Shown one piece after another: positions 41,230 to 54,465 of a stretch of DNA of 64,000 bases. Where the stretch lies: the NCBI RefSeq assembly GCF_009914755.1, contig NC_060947.1. The stretch is one strand, 5' to 3'. The translations under genes were made by a program, and so were the position numbers. Under the pieces are notes generated by a model. The model was given only the letters and a program-made list of their open reading frames with translations. It was not told where the DNA came from and searched no databases. Each line of letters opens with the position of its first letter. The stretch's first letter is position 1. Origin of the DNA: the human T2T-CHM13v2.0 reference genome, Homo sapiens.

Positions 41230-41815
41230 TATATTGTTACTTTTTTATGATTTTGACACTGTTGAGTATTTACTATGTGCCTGGAATATTGCTAAGTGTT
41301 TTAAGTGACTTGACTCATTTGAGCTTTACAATAATTCTTTCTGATAAATACAGTTATGTTAATGAAACCAAATCACAGAAAAGAATCAAACAGCTAGTAA
41401 ATAGTACACCCAAGATAACAATCCAGATGGCCTAGTTCTAGAGCACATTTTCTTAATGTGCTCTACAACTAGGCCATGCCATCTCTCTACCAACTGTATT
41501 ACTAAGAAATAAAAATTTATGACATTAACTTACAGAATAGTCTCTGAGCATGTAAGTTGACATCCTACATGCATATTTTACTATAGTAACAATAATGGTG
41601 TAAAAATATCATCTACCATTTATAGAGCATTAACCATGTGCTAGGCACTATTAGATGGCATTACATATGTACTTCAGTTAATTAACACGACAGCTCTACA
41701 AGATAACTATATTATTAACTTTACTTTACAGTTGAAAATACAAAGAGGAAAAACGACCAGCACAAGATTACAACCCTAAATAGAAGTGGAATTGGGCTTC
41801 AAATTCAGACCTGTG
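41230..41815 (-). mobile_element. Two MIR fragments (about 41230-41450 and 41600-41815)
   Basis: ttgagtatttactatgtgcctgg...actcattt; ccatttatagagcattaaccatgtgctaggcact...gggcttcaaattcagac. Confidence 0.65.
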
Positions 41816-42289
41816 CATACATCATGTTAGTTAATTATTTTTTTCTTTTCATTTTGAATGGTTGACTACTGGCAATATAAAAAATACTTTATTCTGAGAA
41901 GCTATAGTATATCATTAAGCTGATTAGCATAATTTTATGCTATAGGCTTTCCTCAAGGGAGTAGTGTTTATATATGAATAGGTATTATTAACACTGGGAA
42001 ATAATGCTGTAACATAAATAATGCAAATTTAACATTTGGCCTTATGTTATTTTAAATATTTATATGACTAATGTGTATATATGTGCTGATAAGGATGACA
42101 TGCTTTTGATATCAAAGACAATTCGGTGAAAATATTCTACTTAAAGTATAACTGCCACTATTGCATTGTTTTGATTCTACATTTTAAAACGCATATGATT
42201 TTTTTAAATGGTAAATTTTCTAAAAATTCTTTGAATAATCTCATCTTTTCCTTGGCACTTTATAAGGGACATGGTTAGAAATAGATTTT

Positions 42290-45200
42290 TTTAATGCCAG
42301 CTTTTATTTTAAACACAAAGGGCACATGTGTAGAATTGTTACATAGGCTTATTGGGCTTAGGTAGTGAGCATAGTACCCAGTAGGTGGTTTTTTCAACTG
42401 ATGCTCCCCTTTTTCCGTCCCTCCTCTAGAGTACCCAGTGTTGATTGTTCCCATGTTTATGACCATGTGTGCTAAATGTTTAGTTCCCACTTGTAAGTGA
42501 GAATATAAAGTATTTGTTATTTTGTTCCTACATTAATTTTCTTAGGATCATGGATGGCCTCCAGCTCGATTCTTGTTGCTGCAAAGTACATTATCTCATT
42601 CTTTATTATGGCTGCATAATATTCCCTGGCATACATGTACCTCATTTTCATTATCCAATCCACCATTGATGGGTATCTAGGTTGATTTCACGTCTTTGCT
42701 TTCCAAATGGTGCAGGGATGAACATACATGTGTCTATTTGGTAGAATAATCTATATTCTTTTGGGCATGTGATTTTTATTTCTATTGCAATGTGGTCTAA
42801 GAGTGTGCTTGGTACAATTTTAGGGTTTTTAAATCTATTGAGACTTACTTTATGACCAAGCATGTGGTCAACCTTAGAATGTTCCATGTGCAAATGAGAA
42901 GAAGGTGCAATCTGTGGTTGATGTGTGTAGTGTTCCATAGATGTCTGTCAGATTCAATTGATAAAGTGTCAAGTGTAAATTCAGATTTTTTGTGTGAGTT
43001 TTCCACCTTGATGATCTGTCTAATGCTGTCAGTGGGGTGTTGAAGTCTCCCAGTATTATTGTGTAGTTGTCTTAAGTCTTTTCATAGGCCAAGAAGAACT
43101 TGTTTTATAAATCTGGGTACTCCAATATTGGGTGCATATATATTTAGTCTAGTTAAGGTTTCCAGTTGGAATAAAAGAGTCTGTACTCTTTATCATTTTA
43201 TAATGCCCTTCTTCATGATTGTTCATTTTTATTAGTTTAAAGTCTGTTTTATTCAATGTAAGAATAGCAATTCCTGCTCTTTTTTTGTTTTCCATTTGTA
43301 AGGTAGGTATTTCTCTGTTCTTTTACTTAGAGCCTGCGGGTGTCGTTACATGTCAGATAGGTCTCTTGTAGACAACAGATGGTTGAGTGCTGTGTTATTA
43401 TCCAGCCTGACATTCTGTGTCTTTTAAGTGGTGTGTTTCACTTATTTCCATAAAATATTAGGGGTAGTATGTGTGATTTTGATTCTGTCATCATGTTATT
43501 GGCTAGTTGTTATGTAGACTAGATTGTGTACTTGCTTTATAGTGCCTGGAGGCTATGCGCTTGAGTGTGTTTTTGCCGTAACAGATGCCATTCATTTGAA
43601 TCCATGTTTAGCAATCTCGTAAGGACCTCTTGTAATGTTGGTCTAGCTGAAATGTATTCCTTCAGTGTTTGCTTATCTGAAAAGGATTTTATTTCTGGTT
43701 CACTTATGAAGCTTAGTTTGGCAGGAATGAAATTCTTAGATGGAACTTCTTTTCTTGAAGATACTCAAAATAGGCCCTGAATCTTCCAGCTTGTAAATTT
43801 TCTGCTGAGTGGTCTGCTGCTGGCCTGATTGGGTTCCCTTTGTACGTGACTAGACTCTTCTCTCTAGTTTATTTTAAGACTTTTTAAAATTTAATGTTGA
43901 CCTGGTGAATCTGATGACTATTTGCCTTGGAGATGGTCATTTTTGTGTAGTATCTTCCTGGGGTTCTCTGTATTTGTTAAATCTGCATGTCAGCCTCTCT
44001 AGCAAGACTAGGGAAATTTTTGTAGATTATATTTTCAAATATATTTTCCAATATATTTTCCAAGTTGCTTATTCTCTCTCCTTCCCTCTCAGAAATACCA
44101 ATGATCATAGATTCGGTCTGTTTCATAATTTCATATTATTCAAATGTTTTGTTCATTTTTCTTAATTATTTTTTTTCCTTATTTTTGTCTGATGAAGTTG
44201 ATTTAGAGAATAGGTCTTCAAGCTCTGAAATTCTTTCCTCAGCTTGGTCTATTCAGCTATTAATACTTGTGATAGTATTATAAAATTTCTGTGGTGAGTT
44301 TTTTAGCTCTAGAAGTTCAGTTTTGTTCTTTCTGAAAATGGCTACTTTTTCTTTCATCTCTTGGATCATTTTATTGGATTCCATGTATTGAGCTTAAACT
44401 TTCTTCCAAATCTCAATAAGTTGCCTTGCTGTTCAGATTCTGAATTCTATCTGTCATTTTGATAATTTCTGTCTGGTTAAGAACTATTGCTGGGGAACTA
44501 GTCTACTTGTTTTGACATAAGGAGGCACTCTGGGTTTTGGGATTGTCAGAGTCCTTATGCTGATTCTTTCTCATATGGGAGGGTTGATATTCTTTAACTG
44601 TGGTATACATTGAGTATAGTTAGTTAGTTGGCTTCATTTCTAGATGCTTTCAGAGGGCCTGGGCCCTGAATAGAATCTTTATGTGTGAGCGAGTTTTTGC
44701 ACTTGCTTTCACAGGTGTATGTTTTAGTGGGATAAATTTTTGGTATTATAGTTTGCATTGCAATCCAGTAGATGGGCTTGAGTAATAACTGGTAGCTATT
44801 TTAATAACGAAATGTGTGGCACTATTGTACTTCCTTACATTCACAGTCATGCTCTGTGATTGAGTAGGACAGAGTTTGCCTCCTTACCAGGTACCCCCCT
44901 GGGCCTTGGAGGGGCCCCTCCAATTACTGGCATAGTGCCAGTGGCTTTGTTGTTGTTGTTGTTAGCTGTTCTGGGTTGCAGTGCCTCCTAGGGCAGAGGC
45001 TGTGGTAGGGAGATATGCCACACTTTCTATGGACTGGCCCTGTGGAGGGAGGCACACCCCACTCTGGCCCCGGCCCAGAGGCCTACACATCCAATCCCCC
45101 TCAGTGCTCTGGTTGTGGGGGCTCAACCCCCTCTGGAGTGCCAGCCACAAATCTTGGCTCTATACTCCCGAGCTGCATACTGTAGCTCTGGAGTACTGGG

Positions 45201-45927
45201 GCTTCCCATGGCTGGGGTTTGGGTTCCAGCTGTGGTGAGGTATCTGATGTGCTCCCAGGTAATCAGAGACAGTTCTTAGGTGCAGCAATGACTCAGGCTG
45301 GGCTACCACCTGCACCATGCATCTGTTCCTGTAGGGTGGCTAGGCATTGGCCCTGGGAGGGGCCGGTGGGCAGGAGGGCTTGCAGAGCAGTTGTGCCCCA
45401 GTCCTGGTGGGAGCTGACTCCACTCTATCCTGGCTCAGAGGTCAGCTGGGGCCCACACCTCCCAGAGGGAGATGGGGAGCCCTAGGGGATGAGCATCTGT
45501 GGCTGTTCTCCACTCAAGCTTCCCAGCACACAAAAGCTCCCAGGCTTTATGCCATTTGAAGGCCTGTCTCTACCTGCTTCCAGAAGAGATCCCACTGCCA
45601 GCTCACACATCCATGAGAGATGTGGGGTCTCCTGTAGCTAGGATCTCATGGGTCTATGGTGAGATTGAACTGTTTCTCAGTTCACTCACTCACCCCTTAC
45701 CCTTGAGCCATTCGAGGCTGGGAACTAACCCTGGCATTTAGGCACCCCATGGAGGTTTCCCAGCTTCCTCTCTCTTCACTGTTGGCCTCAGTATTTCTTT
45801 TTCATCCACTCTGAGCCTTTTTTTCTGAATGTTTGCCCAAATAATGGTGGTTTACTCAATAATTTTGTCTCTCTCAGTGGGAACGGTGCTTCCTGGATGC
45901 ATCTTGTCAGCCATCTTGTCCCCTCTG
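42290..45927 (-). mobile_element. Old L1P/L1M element with both termini; most of ORF2 deleted at about 42770
   Basis: 3' end at 42290-42770, endonuclease remnant (SKVDHMLGHKVSLNRFK...LLDHIAI), ORF1, GC-rich 5'UTR ending gccatcttg; probable TSD gaaatag(a/g)ttt at 42278 and 45928. Confidence 0.8.
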
Positions 45928-47479
45928 GAAATAGGTTTATTGAGAGAAGCAAGAGCCTACTGTCATATCACCAATGTTATTTTCTCTTTTAATTTTTTTT
46001 GAAAAGGAGAGTCAGGCCAAAGATTCTCCAAAAACCCTTCATTTCTAAATGTGATTAATGATCTATTCATTATCTATGAATATTTATCATCTACAGAATT
46101 TGCCCAAATAAGAGACATATAGTTCTTTTTACTACTTACTGAGCAGAGACACTTACTTCCTGTAGGAAAGTAGGAATCTCAAAGGTTGAAAAAATATATG
46201 TTTTTCCAGGAATATGGTATGCTAATAAAAAGCAGTTATGTAGGGCTTTCCAATAGAAAATTTACTAAAAGCAACAACTTTCACCATCACCTAACACCTT
46301 TTACATAGTTAGAATTTTCAGTCACATTGGTTTAAAGTGGAAAATAAAACAAGCCTGGTGTGAAAGAAGTTGGATAGTCCACTGTACAAGATCCCTTGAT
46401 GTATTATTTCTTAACTCATGCCACTGAGAGTGATTTTGTTGAGCAAGAGGAACAAAAAATAACTTAAACTTCATTTACTTCTGAGACGGCAACATATCTA
46501 CATATTAAAACTAAAAAGTTGTAAACATCATTTCTCACAAATTATAGTTTAGAAAGAAGTGCAGATGCTGTTACAATGAGTTTGCTGTTAACTCTCTGAG
46601 AGCAAAGTGGCAATATTTGCCAACTTTGAGGATATTTCATGACAACCTTATACTAATCTTTTATTTCATTTACATAAGGTGTTATTTGCAATAAGTGTTC
46701 TTTCCACTGAAAATGTTTGTATACCACTAACTTTTTAACAGCCTACCCTCTCTATAACATAGGAGTGCCTTGCCATTATGTTATGGAATAGTAGCATTTC
46801 CCCTGCTATAAAATGTGCTGTTTTAGAACAGATATTTTAAAAAGAGTGAAAATAAATATAAGTAAATTTTTTTTCTGAGTTTCTTTGGACAAAAGTTTAT
46901 CTATAATACTAAAAACTATAATCTTTCAATGATTTATAAATTTATAAATAAAATTACATTACAAGAAGGTGAGAATGAACATAAAACATGAATGAGCATA
47001 CATAAACTTAGATGCATAAAAAGTTTTAAATATATAAATAATTAATACTCTTGTGCATGATGAGCTTTGAACCCGAACAAGATTGTTATCGAAGAGAATA
47101 CAGGAGCCACATTAGAACATTACTCATTACAGTTGAGAATTTAGTATAAAAAGTTTACCTGAGCCTCTTCCCAAGGGAATTTCAATTCAGTGGTGAATTG
47201 AGAAATCTCTAACAACCAACACTTTTTCAAAAAAAAAAGAAATGAAACCCTGATTTCTGATTTGCATTCTACCTTGGTTGATTTCAGACTAACCATAAGC
47301 TGTCACAGAAAACAATTTGAGAACACATGTGTACATTTGGGCTCATGCAAGCTAATATGAGGTACTTCATGTGCACCACTAGCTCAGGTTTTTTAGTAGA
47401 AGTATCAAAAGAAACTTGCCCAAACATAGTCTTGCCTCTGAAGGCATGGATTCTGAAAACAATACTGGAATGAGGCTTA

Positions 47480-47690
47480 CTGCCAATGCTTTAATTCAAG
47501 CTTCATGATTTCTTGCTTTAACTATTACCATAATCTTCTCATTGATCTTGTCTCCAGTCTCTCCCTTCTAATTTATCCTCAACTCTGCTACTGCCAGAGG
47601 GATAGTTCTGAAATACAGATTTCTTCACATCACTCACTCCTTCAGTTCCTCAGAGGATTAAGTTCAAATCATGTGTGGCAATCAGATCTC
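47480..47690 (+). mobile_element. L2 fragment
   Basis: actattaccataatcttctcattgatcttg...ctgccagagggatagttctgaaatacag...catcactc. Confidence 0.5.
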
Positions 47691-47699
47691 TTCATGAAA

Positions 47700-48372
47700 G
47701 GCATAGCATTTTTTTCTAGATTTTCTAGTTTGTGTGCATAAAGGTAAAAATAGCAGTCTCTGATAGTTAATTGTATTTCTGTGGGGTCAGTGGAAACATC
47801 CCCTTTGTAATTTTTAATTGTGTTTATTTAAATCTTTTTTTTCTTTATTAGTCCAGCTAGCCATCTATTTTATTAATTTTTTCAAAGAATGAAGTCATGG
47901 ATTCATTGATCTTTCTATGGTTCTTTGTGTTTCAATTTCTTTCAGATCAGCTCTGAATTTGTTTATATATTGTCTTCTGCTCGCTTTGGAATTGGTTTGC
48001 TCTTGGTTCTCTAGTTCTTCTAGTTGTGACATAAGGTTGTTAATTTGAGATCTTTCTAACTTTTTGATGTGGTCGTTTAGTGCTAGAAGCTTACTTCTTA
48101 ACATTGCATTAGCTGTGTCCCAGAGATTCTGGTATGTTGTATCTTTGTTCCCATTAGTTTCAAATAATTTATTGATTTCTGCCTTAGTTTTGTTATTTAG
48201 CCAAAAGTCATTCAGAAGAAGGTTGTTTAATTTCCATGTAATTGTATGGTTTTGAGTAATTTTCTTAGTGCTCATTTCTATTTTTATTGTGCCATGGTCC
48301 AACAGTGTAGTTGTTATAATTTTTTTTTCATTTTTTGAGTATTGTTTTGTGTCTCATTGTTTGGTCAGTTCT
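47700..48372 (-). mobile_element. L1PA ORF2 (endonuclease/Z region) fragment
   Basis: ORF 47895-48302: [43 protein letters not shown]. Confidence 0.9.
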
Positions 48373-48374
48373 AT

Positions 48375-50231
48375 AAAAGCACTGGAAAATAACTTCCCAC
48401 AAACTTGTTGAATGGTTTTGACTGAAAGGCTGATAGTAATATGGACAATGAAGTCCAGGCTGAGGTGGTCTCAGATGGAGATGAGAAATATCTAGGGAAC
48501 TGGAGCAAAAGTGACTCTTGCTCTGCTTTAGCAAAGAGACTCGTGGCATTTTGCCCCTGCCCTATAGATCTGTGAAACTTTAAACATGAGAGAGATGATT
48601 AAGGGTATCTAGCAGAAGAAATTTCTAAGCAGCAAAGTGTTCAAGATGTGACCTTTTTCTGAAAGTTATCAGTCATATGCATTCACAAAAAGATGGTTTG
48701 AAACTGGAACTTATGTTTTAACGGGAAGAAGAGCATAAAGGCTTGAAAAATTTACAGCCTGACCATGTGCTATAAAAGAAAAAACCCATTTTCTAGGGGG
48801 GGGTTTCAAACATGCTGCATAAATTTGCATAAGTAACAAGGAGTTGAATGTTAATAGTCAAGACAATGGGGAAGATGTCTTCAGTACATGTCAGAGGCCT
48901 TCACAGCAGCCCCTCTTATCACAGGTCTGGAGGAAAGGTAAAAATAGTTTTCTGGGCCAGGCCTAGGGCCCTGCTGCTCTGTGCAGCCTCTGCATCCCAG
49001 CTACTCCAGCTTCAGCTGTGTCTAAAAGGGACCAAGGTACAGCTTGGGCAGTTGCTTCAGAGGGTGCAAGCCCCAAGCCTGGGTGGCTTCCACATGACAT
49101 TGGGCCTGTGGGTGCATAGAAGGCAAGAACTGATACTTGGGAACCTCTGCCTAGATTTCAGAGGAGGCATGGAAAGGCCTGGATGTCCAGGCAGAAGTTT
49201 GTTGCAGGGGTGAAGCCCTCCTGGAGAACCTCTGCTAGGGCAGTGCAGAGGGGAAATGTGGGATTGGAGTCCCCAAACAGTGTCCCCTCTGTCCCCTCTG
49301 GGGCACTATCTAGTGGAGCTGTGAGAAAACAGTCATCATCCTCCAGACCCTAGAATGGTAAATCCACCAACAGCTTGCATCACACACCTGGAAAAGCCAC
49401 AGGCACTCAATGCCAGCCTATGAAAGCAGCCACAGGGGATGTACCCTGCAGTGCCACAGGGGCAGAGCTGCGCAAAGCTGTGGGAGCCCACCCCTTGCAT
49501 CAGAATGCCCTGGATGTGAGATGTGAAGTCAAAGGAAATCATTTCAGAGAAGTAATATTTAATGACTGCCCCACTGGGTTTCAGACTTTCATGGGGCCTG
49601 TGGCCCTTTTGTTTTGGTTAATTTCTTCCATTTGAAATGATAATATTTACCCAATGCCTGTACCTTCATTGCATCTTGGAAGTACTTAACTTGTTTTTGA
49701 TTTTACAGGCTCATAGATGGAAAGGACTTTTTCTCAAATGAAACTTTGGACTTGGACTTTTGGGTTAAGGTTGGAATGAGTTAATACTTTGGGGAACTGT
49801 TGGGAAAGCAAGATTGGCTTTGAAATGTAAAAAGGATATGAGGTTTGGAAGGGGCCAAGGGCAGAAAGATATGGTTTGACTCTTTGTTCCCACCCAAATC
49901 TCCTCTAGAATTGTAATATCCATGTGTCAAGGGAGGAATCAGGTGGGAGGTGATTGGATCATGGTGGCAGTTTTCCCCTTGGTGTTTTTATGATAGTGAG
50001 GGAGTTCTTACAAGATATTATAGTTTAAAAGTGGCAGTTTCCCCTGCTCTCTCTCTCTTTCTTGTGGCGATGTAAGATGTGCCTTCCTTCCCCTTCACCT
50101 TCTGCCATGATTGTAAGTTCCCTGAGGCCTCCCCAGCCAGGCAGAACTGTGAGTCAATTAAACATTTTTTGTTTATAAATTACCCAGTCTCAGGTAGTAT
50201 CTTTATAGCACTGTGGAAACAGATTAATACA
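48375..50231 (+). mobile_element. THE1D/MSTA-type MaLR: internal region plus 3' LTR (49867-50231); 5' LTR missing
   Basis: atggacaatgaagtccaggctgaggtggtctcagatggag internal sequence; polypurine tract gaaggggccaaggggcagaa; LTR gatatggtttg...gtgagtcaattaaac...taataca. Confidence 0.88.
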
Positions 50232-51050
50232 CCTGCCATCTCTTATCATTAGAAAAATGAAAATCAAAACCACAGTGAGATACCCATTTAATAATACCCA
50301 AAGGAGGTTTAATTGACTCACAGTTTTGCATGTCTGGGGAGACCAAGCAGAATACATGAATAATACAATGGGTATTATTAAAAAGTCAAAAAATAACAGA
50401 TGCTGGTGAGGTTGTGGAGAAAAAGGAACAGTTCTACATTGCTGGTGGGAGTGTAAATTCATTTAGTCATTGTGAAAAGCAGTGTAGCAATTACTCCAAA
50501 ACTTAAAACAGAATTACGATTTGACCTAGCAATTTCATGATTGGGTATATACCCAAAGGAATATAAACCATTTTACCATAAAGACACATGCATATGTATG
50601 TTCACTGTGGCACTATTCACAATAGTGAAGACATAGAATCAACCTAAATGTACATCAATAGTAGACTGGATAAAGTAAATGTAATAAATATACACCATGG
50701 AATACTATGTAACCATAAAAAGAACAAGATTATGTCCTTTGCAGCAACATGGATGGAGCTGGAGGTCATTATCCTATGTAAACCAACACAGGAACAAAAA
50801 ACAAAATATCACATATTCTACTTATAAGTGGGGTCTAAACAATGAGAACAGATGGCTACTAGGAGGTGAACAACAGACACTGGGGCCTACTTGAGGGTGT
50901 ATGGTGGTAAGAGGAAGAAGTTCAGAAAAAATACCTATTGCCCAGGTGATTAAATTATCTGTAACACCAAACTCTCATGACACACAGTTTAGCTATGTAA
51001 CAAACTTGCCCGTGTACCTGTGAACCTAAAATAAAAGTTAAAAAAGGAAA
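50232..51050 (+). mobile_element. L1PA15/16-like 3' end
   Basis: aaatcaaaaccacagtgaga...aataacagatgctggtgagg...tgaacctaaaataaaagtt plus A tail. Confidence 0.85.
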
Positions 51051-51179
51051 AACACACACACACAAAATAAATCATAGAAATAATAGTATGGATATATTTT
51101 TTAAAATATAAAGCCCTTAAATTAAAATTAAAAAAAGAAAGACTGAGTAAATGCTTTCCAAATATTAGTCTGTAGACTA

Positions 51180-51545
51180 GCTGCCTCAATATTATTTATG
51201 AAGCTTTGTAAAAAGCAGATTCTAGAATCCTTGCATAGATCTACTGCGTTAATTGCATCAGATTGTGGGGGTAGTACTCATAAATCTGTATTTTTAAAGT
51301 GCCACAGATTAATCTGTTGCCATAACCAGATTTGGGACTCCAGGGGAAGGTGACAAATGTTGGTGTTGTTAACAAGTACTTAAATTCTTCATTAGAAACT
51401 TGCTATCTGGATGGCTTTGGGTAAGTTATATGACCACTACGTGCCTTAGTTTCATGATGGTGACAATGATATCTACATCATAATGCTGTTAAAATGACTA
51501 AATTTCATAGCACTTTACACAATTAGTCACTCATACATGCTAATC
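51180..51545. mobile_element. MER5-like hAT fragment followed by a MIR fragment
   Basis: aaaagcagattctag...aatctgtatttttaaagtgccac...; acttgctatctggatggctttgggtaagttat...gtgccttagtttc. Confidence 0.5.
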
Positions 51546-51859
51546 TACCTTTACCCCATATATGCACATTTTTACTTTGAGTCAGTCATTTCTTTCCATT
51601 CTTATCTCTAACTATTCTGCTCTACCTCTGTGATTAACCCACTTCAAACCCACTTTCCCTCACTAGCCCAGTGGTGCAAGTTCAACTGCCCATAAAGGCC
51701 AGGAACCTAACAGGATTGAGTAAATTAAAATGAAGAAGCCTATCCAAATATTTTTTATGTGGGAAAGTGAATTTATTGTTATAAATTTTATTTTTCAAGA
51801 GTAGTAAGACTTTAAGATGTTTTTAAGGTAAAATATCCCATTAAGAAATATGGTGAATA

Positions 51860-52428
51860 GTCTATCAATGGAACAATGGCTAAAGAAAATGTGGTATACA
51901 TACACAATATAATACTACTCAGCCATAAAAAGAATGAAATCCTGTCATTTTCACCAACATAGATGGAACTGGAGGTCATTATATTAAGTGTAATATGCCA
52001 GGCACTGAAAGACAAATATCACATGTTGTTATTTATATGTGGGAGATAAATAAGTTGATCTCATGGAGGTAGAAGTTTGAATGATGGTTACCAGAGGCTA
52101 AGAAATATGTGTGGGGAGGGTAATGAAGAAAGGTTGGTTAATGGGTACAAAAATTCAGTTATATAGAAGGAATGAACTCTATTGTTTACTAGTATATTAG
52201 GGTGGCTATAGTTAATAATGTGTTGTATATTTTGAAAAATCTAAAAGATTCAAAATGTTCCCAACACAAAGAAATACATTTTTAAAGGGACAGATATACA
52301 AATCACCCTCAATTAATTTTTACACATTTTATACATGTATCAAATAGTCACATGTACCTCACAAATATATATAATTATTATGTATCAATAAAATATTGTG
52401 GATGAATTCAGAAATAAAAAGAAAAAAA
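51860..52428 (+). mobile_element. L1MA 3' end
   Basis: cagccataaaaagaatgaaatcctgtcattt...ttggttaatgggtacaaaaat...ataattattatgtatcaat. Confidence 0.82.
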
Positions 52429-52466
52429 ATTTTCTCTGGTCCAAGCAAAACACATATGAGCTGAGT

Positions 52467-52484
52467 TCAGCGCCCCCTGGACTT
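52467..52484 (-). promoter_or_regulatory. Candidate CTCF motif
   Basis: Reverse strand reads agtCCAGGGGGCGCtga; the 3' core matches well, the 5' CCA part is imperfect; CpG retained in a CpG-poor region. Confidence 0.4.
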
Positions 52485-52995
52485 CTAGTTTCTGACTTTG
52501 AGTCCAGTTTCACCATTATCATTGTGACCCAGATGGTGTGTCTGACCACATCGCCGAAGACAAAAAAATCACCTGGATAGTGAGAGTTTTGTGTAGCTCT
52601 GATGTTAACGTCCTCTTTTGGGGGAATTGTAACCATAACCATTTTTACCAGATTTCCCTGCACTTTTCTCCATTTCAGTTTCACATTCCTCTCCTTTCAC
52701 CAGTCAGAATGCTGCTTGAGATTTGACTTGAGTGTTAGTGGTCTGTGACTTCTCTTTGTCTTTGGTGATTATTGATAAATGGTTGGCCATCATTTTTATT
52801 ACTATTGTAATGGACATTCTTTTTAAATTGCCTTACCTCCATTCATATAACTATCTTTTGAACAATGATATTTATTTTAATGTTAAAAACCTTAATGTAG
52901 TGTTGGTACAACCGGCTTGGGGCTTAGAAAAAAAGGAAAGTTGAATCTCTAACTCACTTGCAATGCCTAAATGAATGTTAGATCAATAATTTAGT

Positions 52996-54050
52996 TAAAC
53001 TTAAAAGCTTCTGCACAGCAAAATAAATAATCAGCAGAGTTAACAGAAAACCCACAGGGTGGGAGAAAATCTTCACAATGTATACATCTGACAAACGAGT
53101 AATACTCAGAATCTACAAGAACTCAAACAAATCAGCAAGAAAACAAACAAAAAAGCCCCCAAAAACAATCCCATCAGAAGTGGGCTAAGGACATGAATAG
53201 CCAATTCTCAAAAGAAGATATACAAATGGCCAAGAAACATGTGGAGAAATGCTCAGCATCACTAATTATCAGGGAAGTGCAAATCAAAACCACAAAGCGA
53301 TAGCACCTCACTTCTCCAAGAATGGCCATATTCAAAAAATCAAAAAATAATACACATTGACAGGGATGTGGTGAAAGGGGAAAACTTTTGCACTGTTGGT
53401 GGGAATGGAAATTAGTAAAACCACTATCAAAAACAGAACTAAAAGTGGATCTACCATTATATCCAGCAATCCCAGTACTAGGTATCTATCCAGAAGAAAA
53501 GAAGTCATTATACAAAAAAGATAGTTGCACACGCATTTTTATAGCAGCATAATTTGCAATTGCAAAAATATGGAACCAACCCATATGCCCATCAATCAAC
53601 AAGTGGATAAAGCAGATTCTAGAAGTGGATCTAGAAAATGGATAAAGTGGATAAAGAAAATGTGATATATATACACCATGGAATACTACTCAGCCATAAG
53701 AAGGAACAAAATAATGGCATTCACAGAAATGTGAACGGAACTGGAGACTGTTATTCTAAGTGAGGTAACACAGGAATGGGAAACCAAACATTGTATGTTC
53801 TCTCATATGTGGAAGCTAACCTATGAGGACACAAAGGCATAAGAATAATACATTGGATTCTGAGGACTCAGAGGAATGGGTGATGGAGGTCTAGGGATAA
53901 AAAATCTACACTTTGGGTACATAGTACACTGCTCGGGTGATGAATGCACCAAAATCTCAGAAATCACCACTGAAGAACTTACACATGTAAAAAACACCAC
54001 CTGTTCCACAAAAGCCTATTGAAATAAGAAAACCAAAAATTAAAAAAGCA
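52996..54050 (+). mobile_element. L1PB1-like 3' end
   Basis: taaacttaaaagcttctgcacagcaaa...gggataaaaaatctacactttgggtac...caccaaaatctcagaaatcaccac. Confidence 0.85.
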
Positions 54051-54071
54051 AAGTCATAAGAGGAAAAGATG

Positions 54072-54465
54072 TTGTATTCATTAATATCAGCGACCCCAAA
54101 ATTACAGTGGCTTAAGCAAGATAATAGTTTAACTCTGATGTGCCAGTCTGAGTTAAAGCAACCAAAAGCTGATAGGGCAGCTTCAGTGCTAAGAACGCAG
54201 GTTTCTTCTGTCTTTACTTCCATCATTTCTAAAGGCATTTCCCTGACCCTCATAGATGAAGACCTCATGAGCTGGATCTGTATTCCAGCCAGCAGGACAA
54301 TAGAGAATGGGATTGGAAGGCACAACCTGGAATTTGCCCACATTGCTTCCTCTTAAATCTCTTTTTCTCAGTCTCAATGTCACACCTAGCTACAAAGGAG
54401 ACTGGAAAATGTAGTCTTCATTTGGGATTCTCTTGATCTCAGCTCAGATTTAGGGGTTTTATTAC
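54072..54465 (-). mobile_element. Old MLT1 (H-K-like) LTR
   Basis: ccccaaaattacagtggcttaagcaag...cacctagctacaaaggagactggaaaatgtagtct...gggttttattactaa. Confidence 0.55.

Noticed and set aside
52385-52684. 99-aa minus-strand ORF in unique sequence
   Set aside because: Non-ATG start, runs into the L1 tail, no recognisable domain or flanking splice signals
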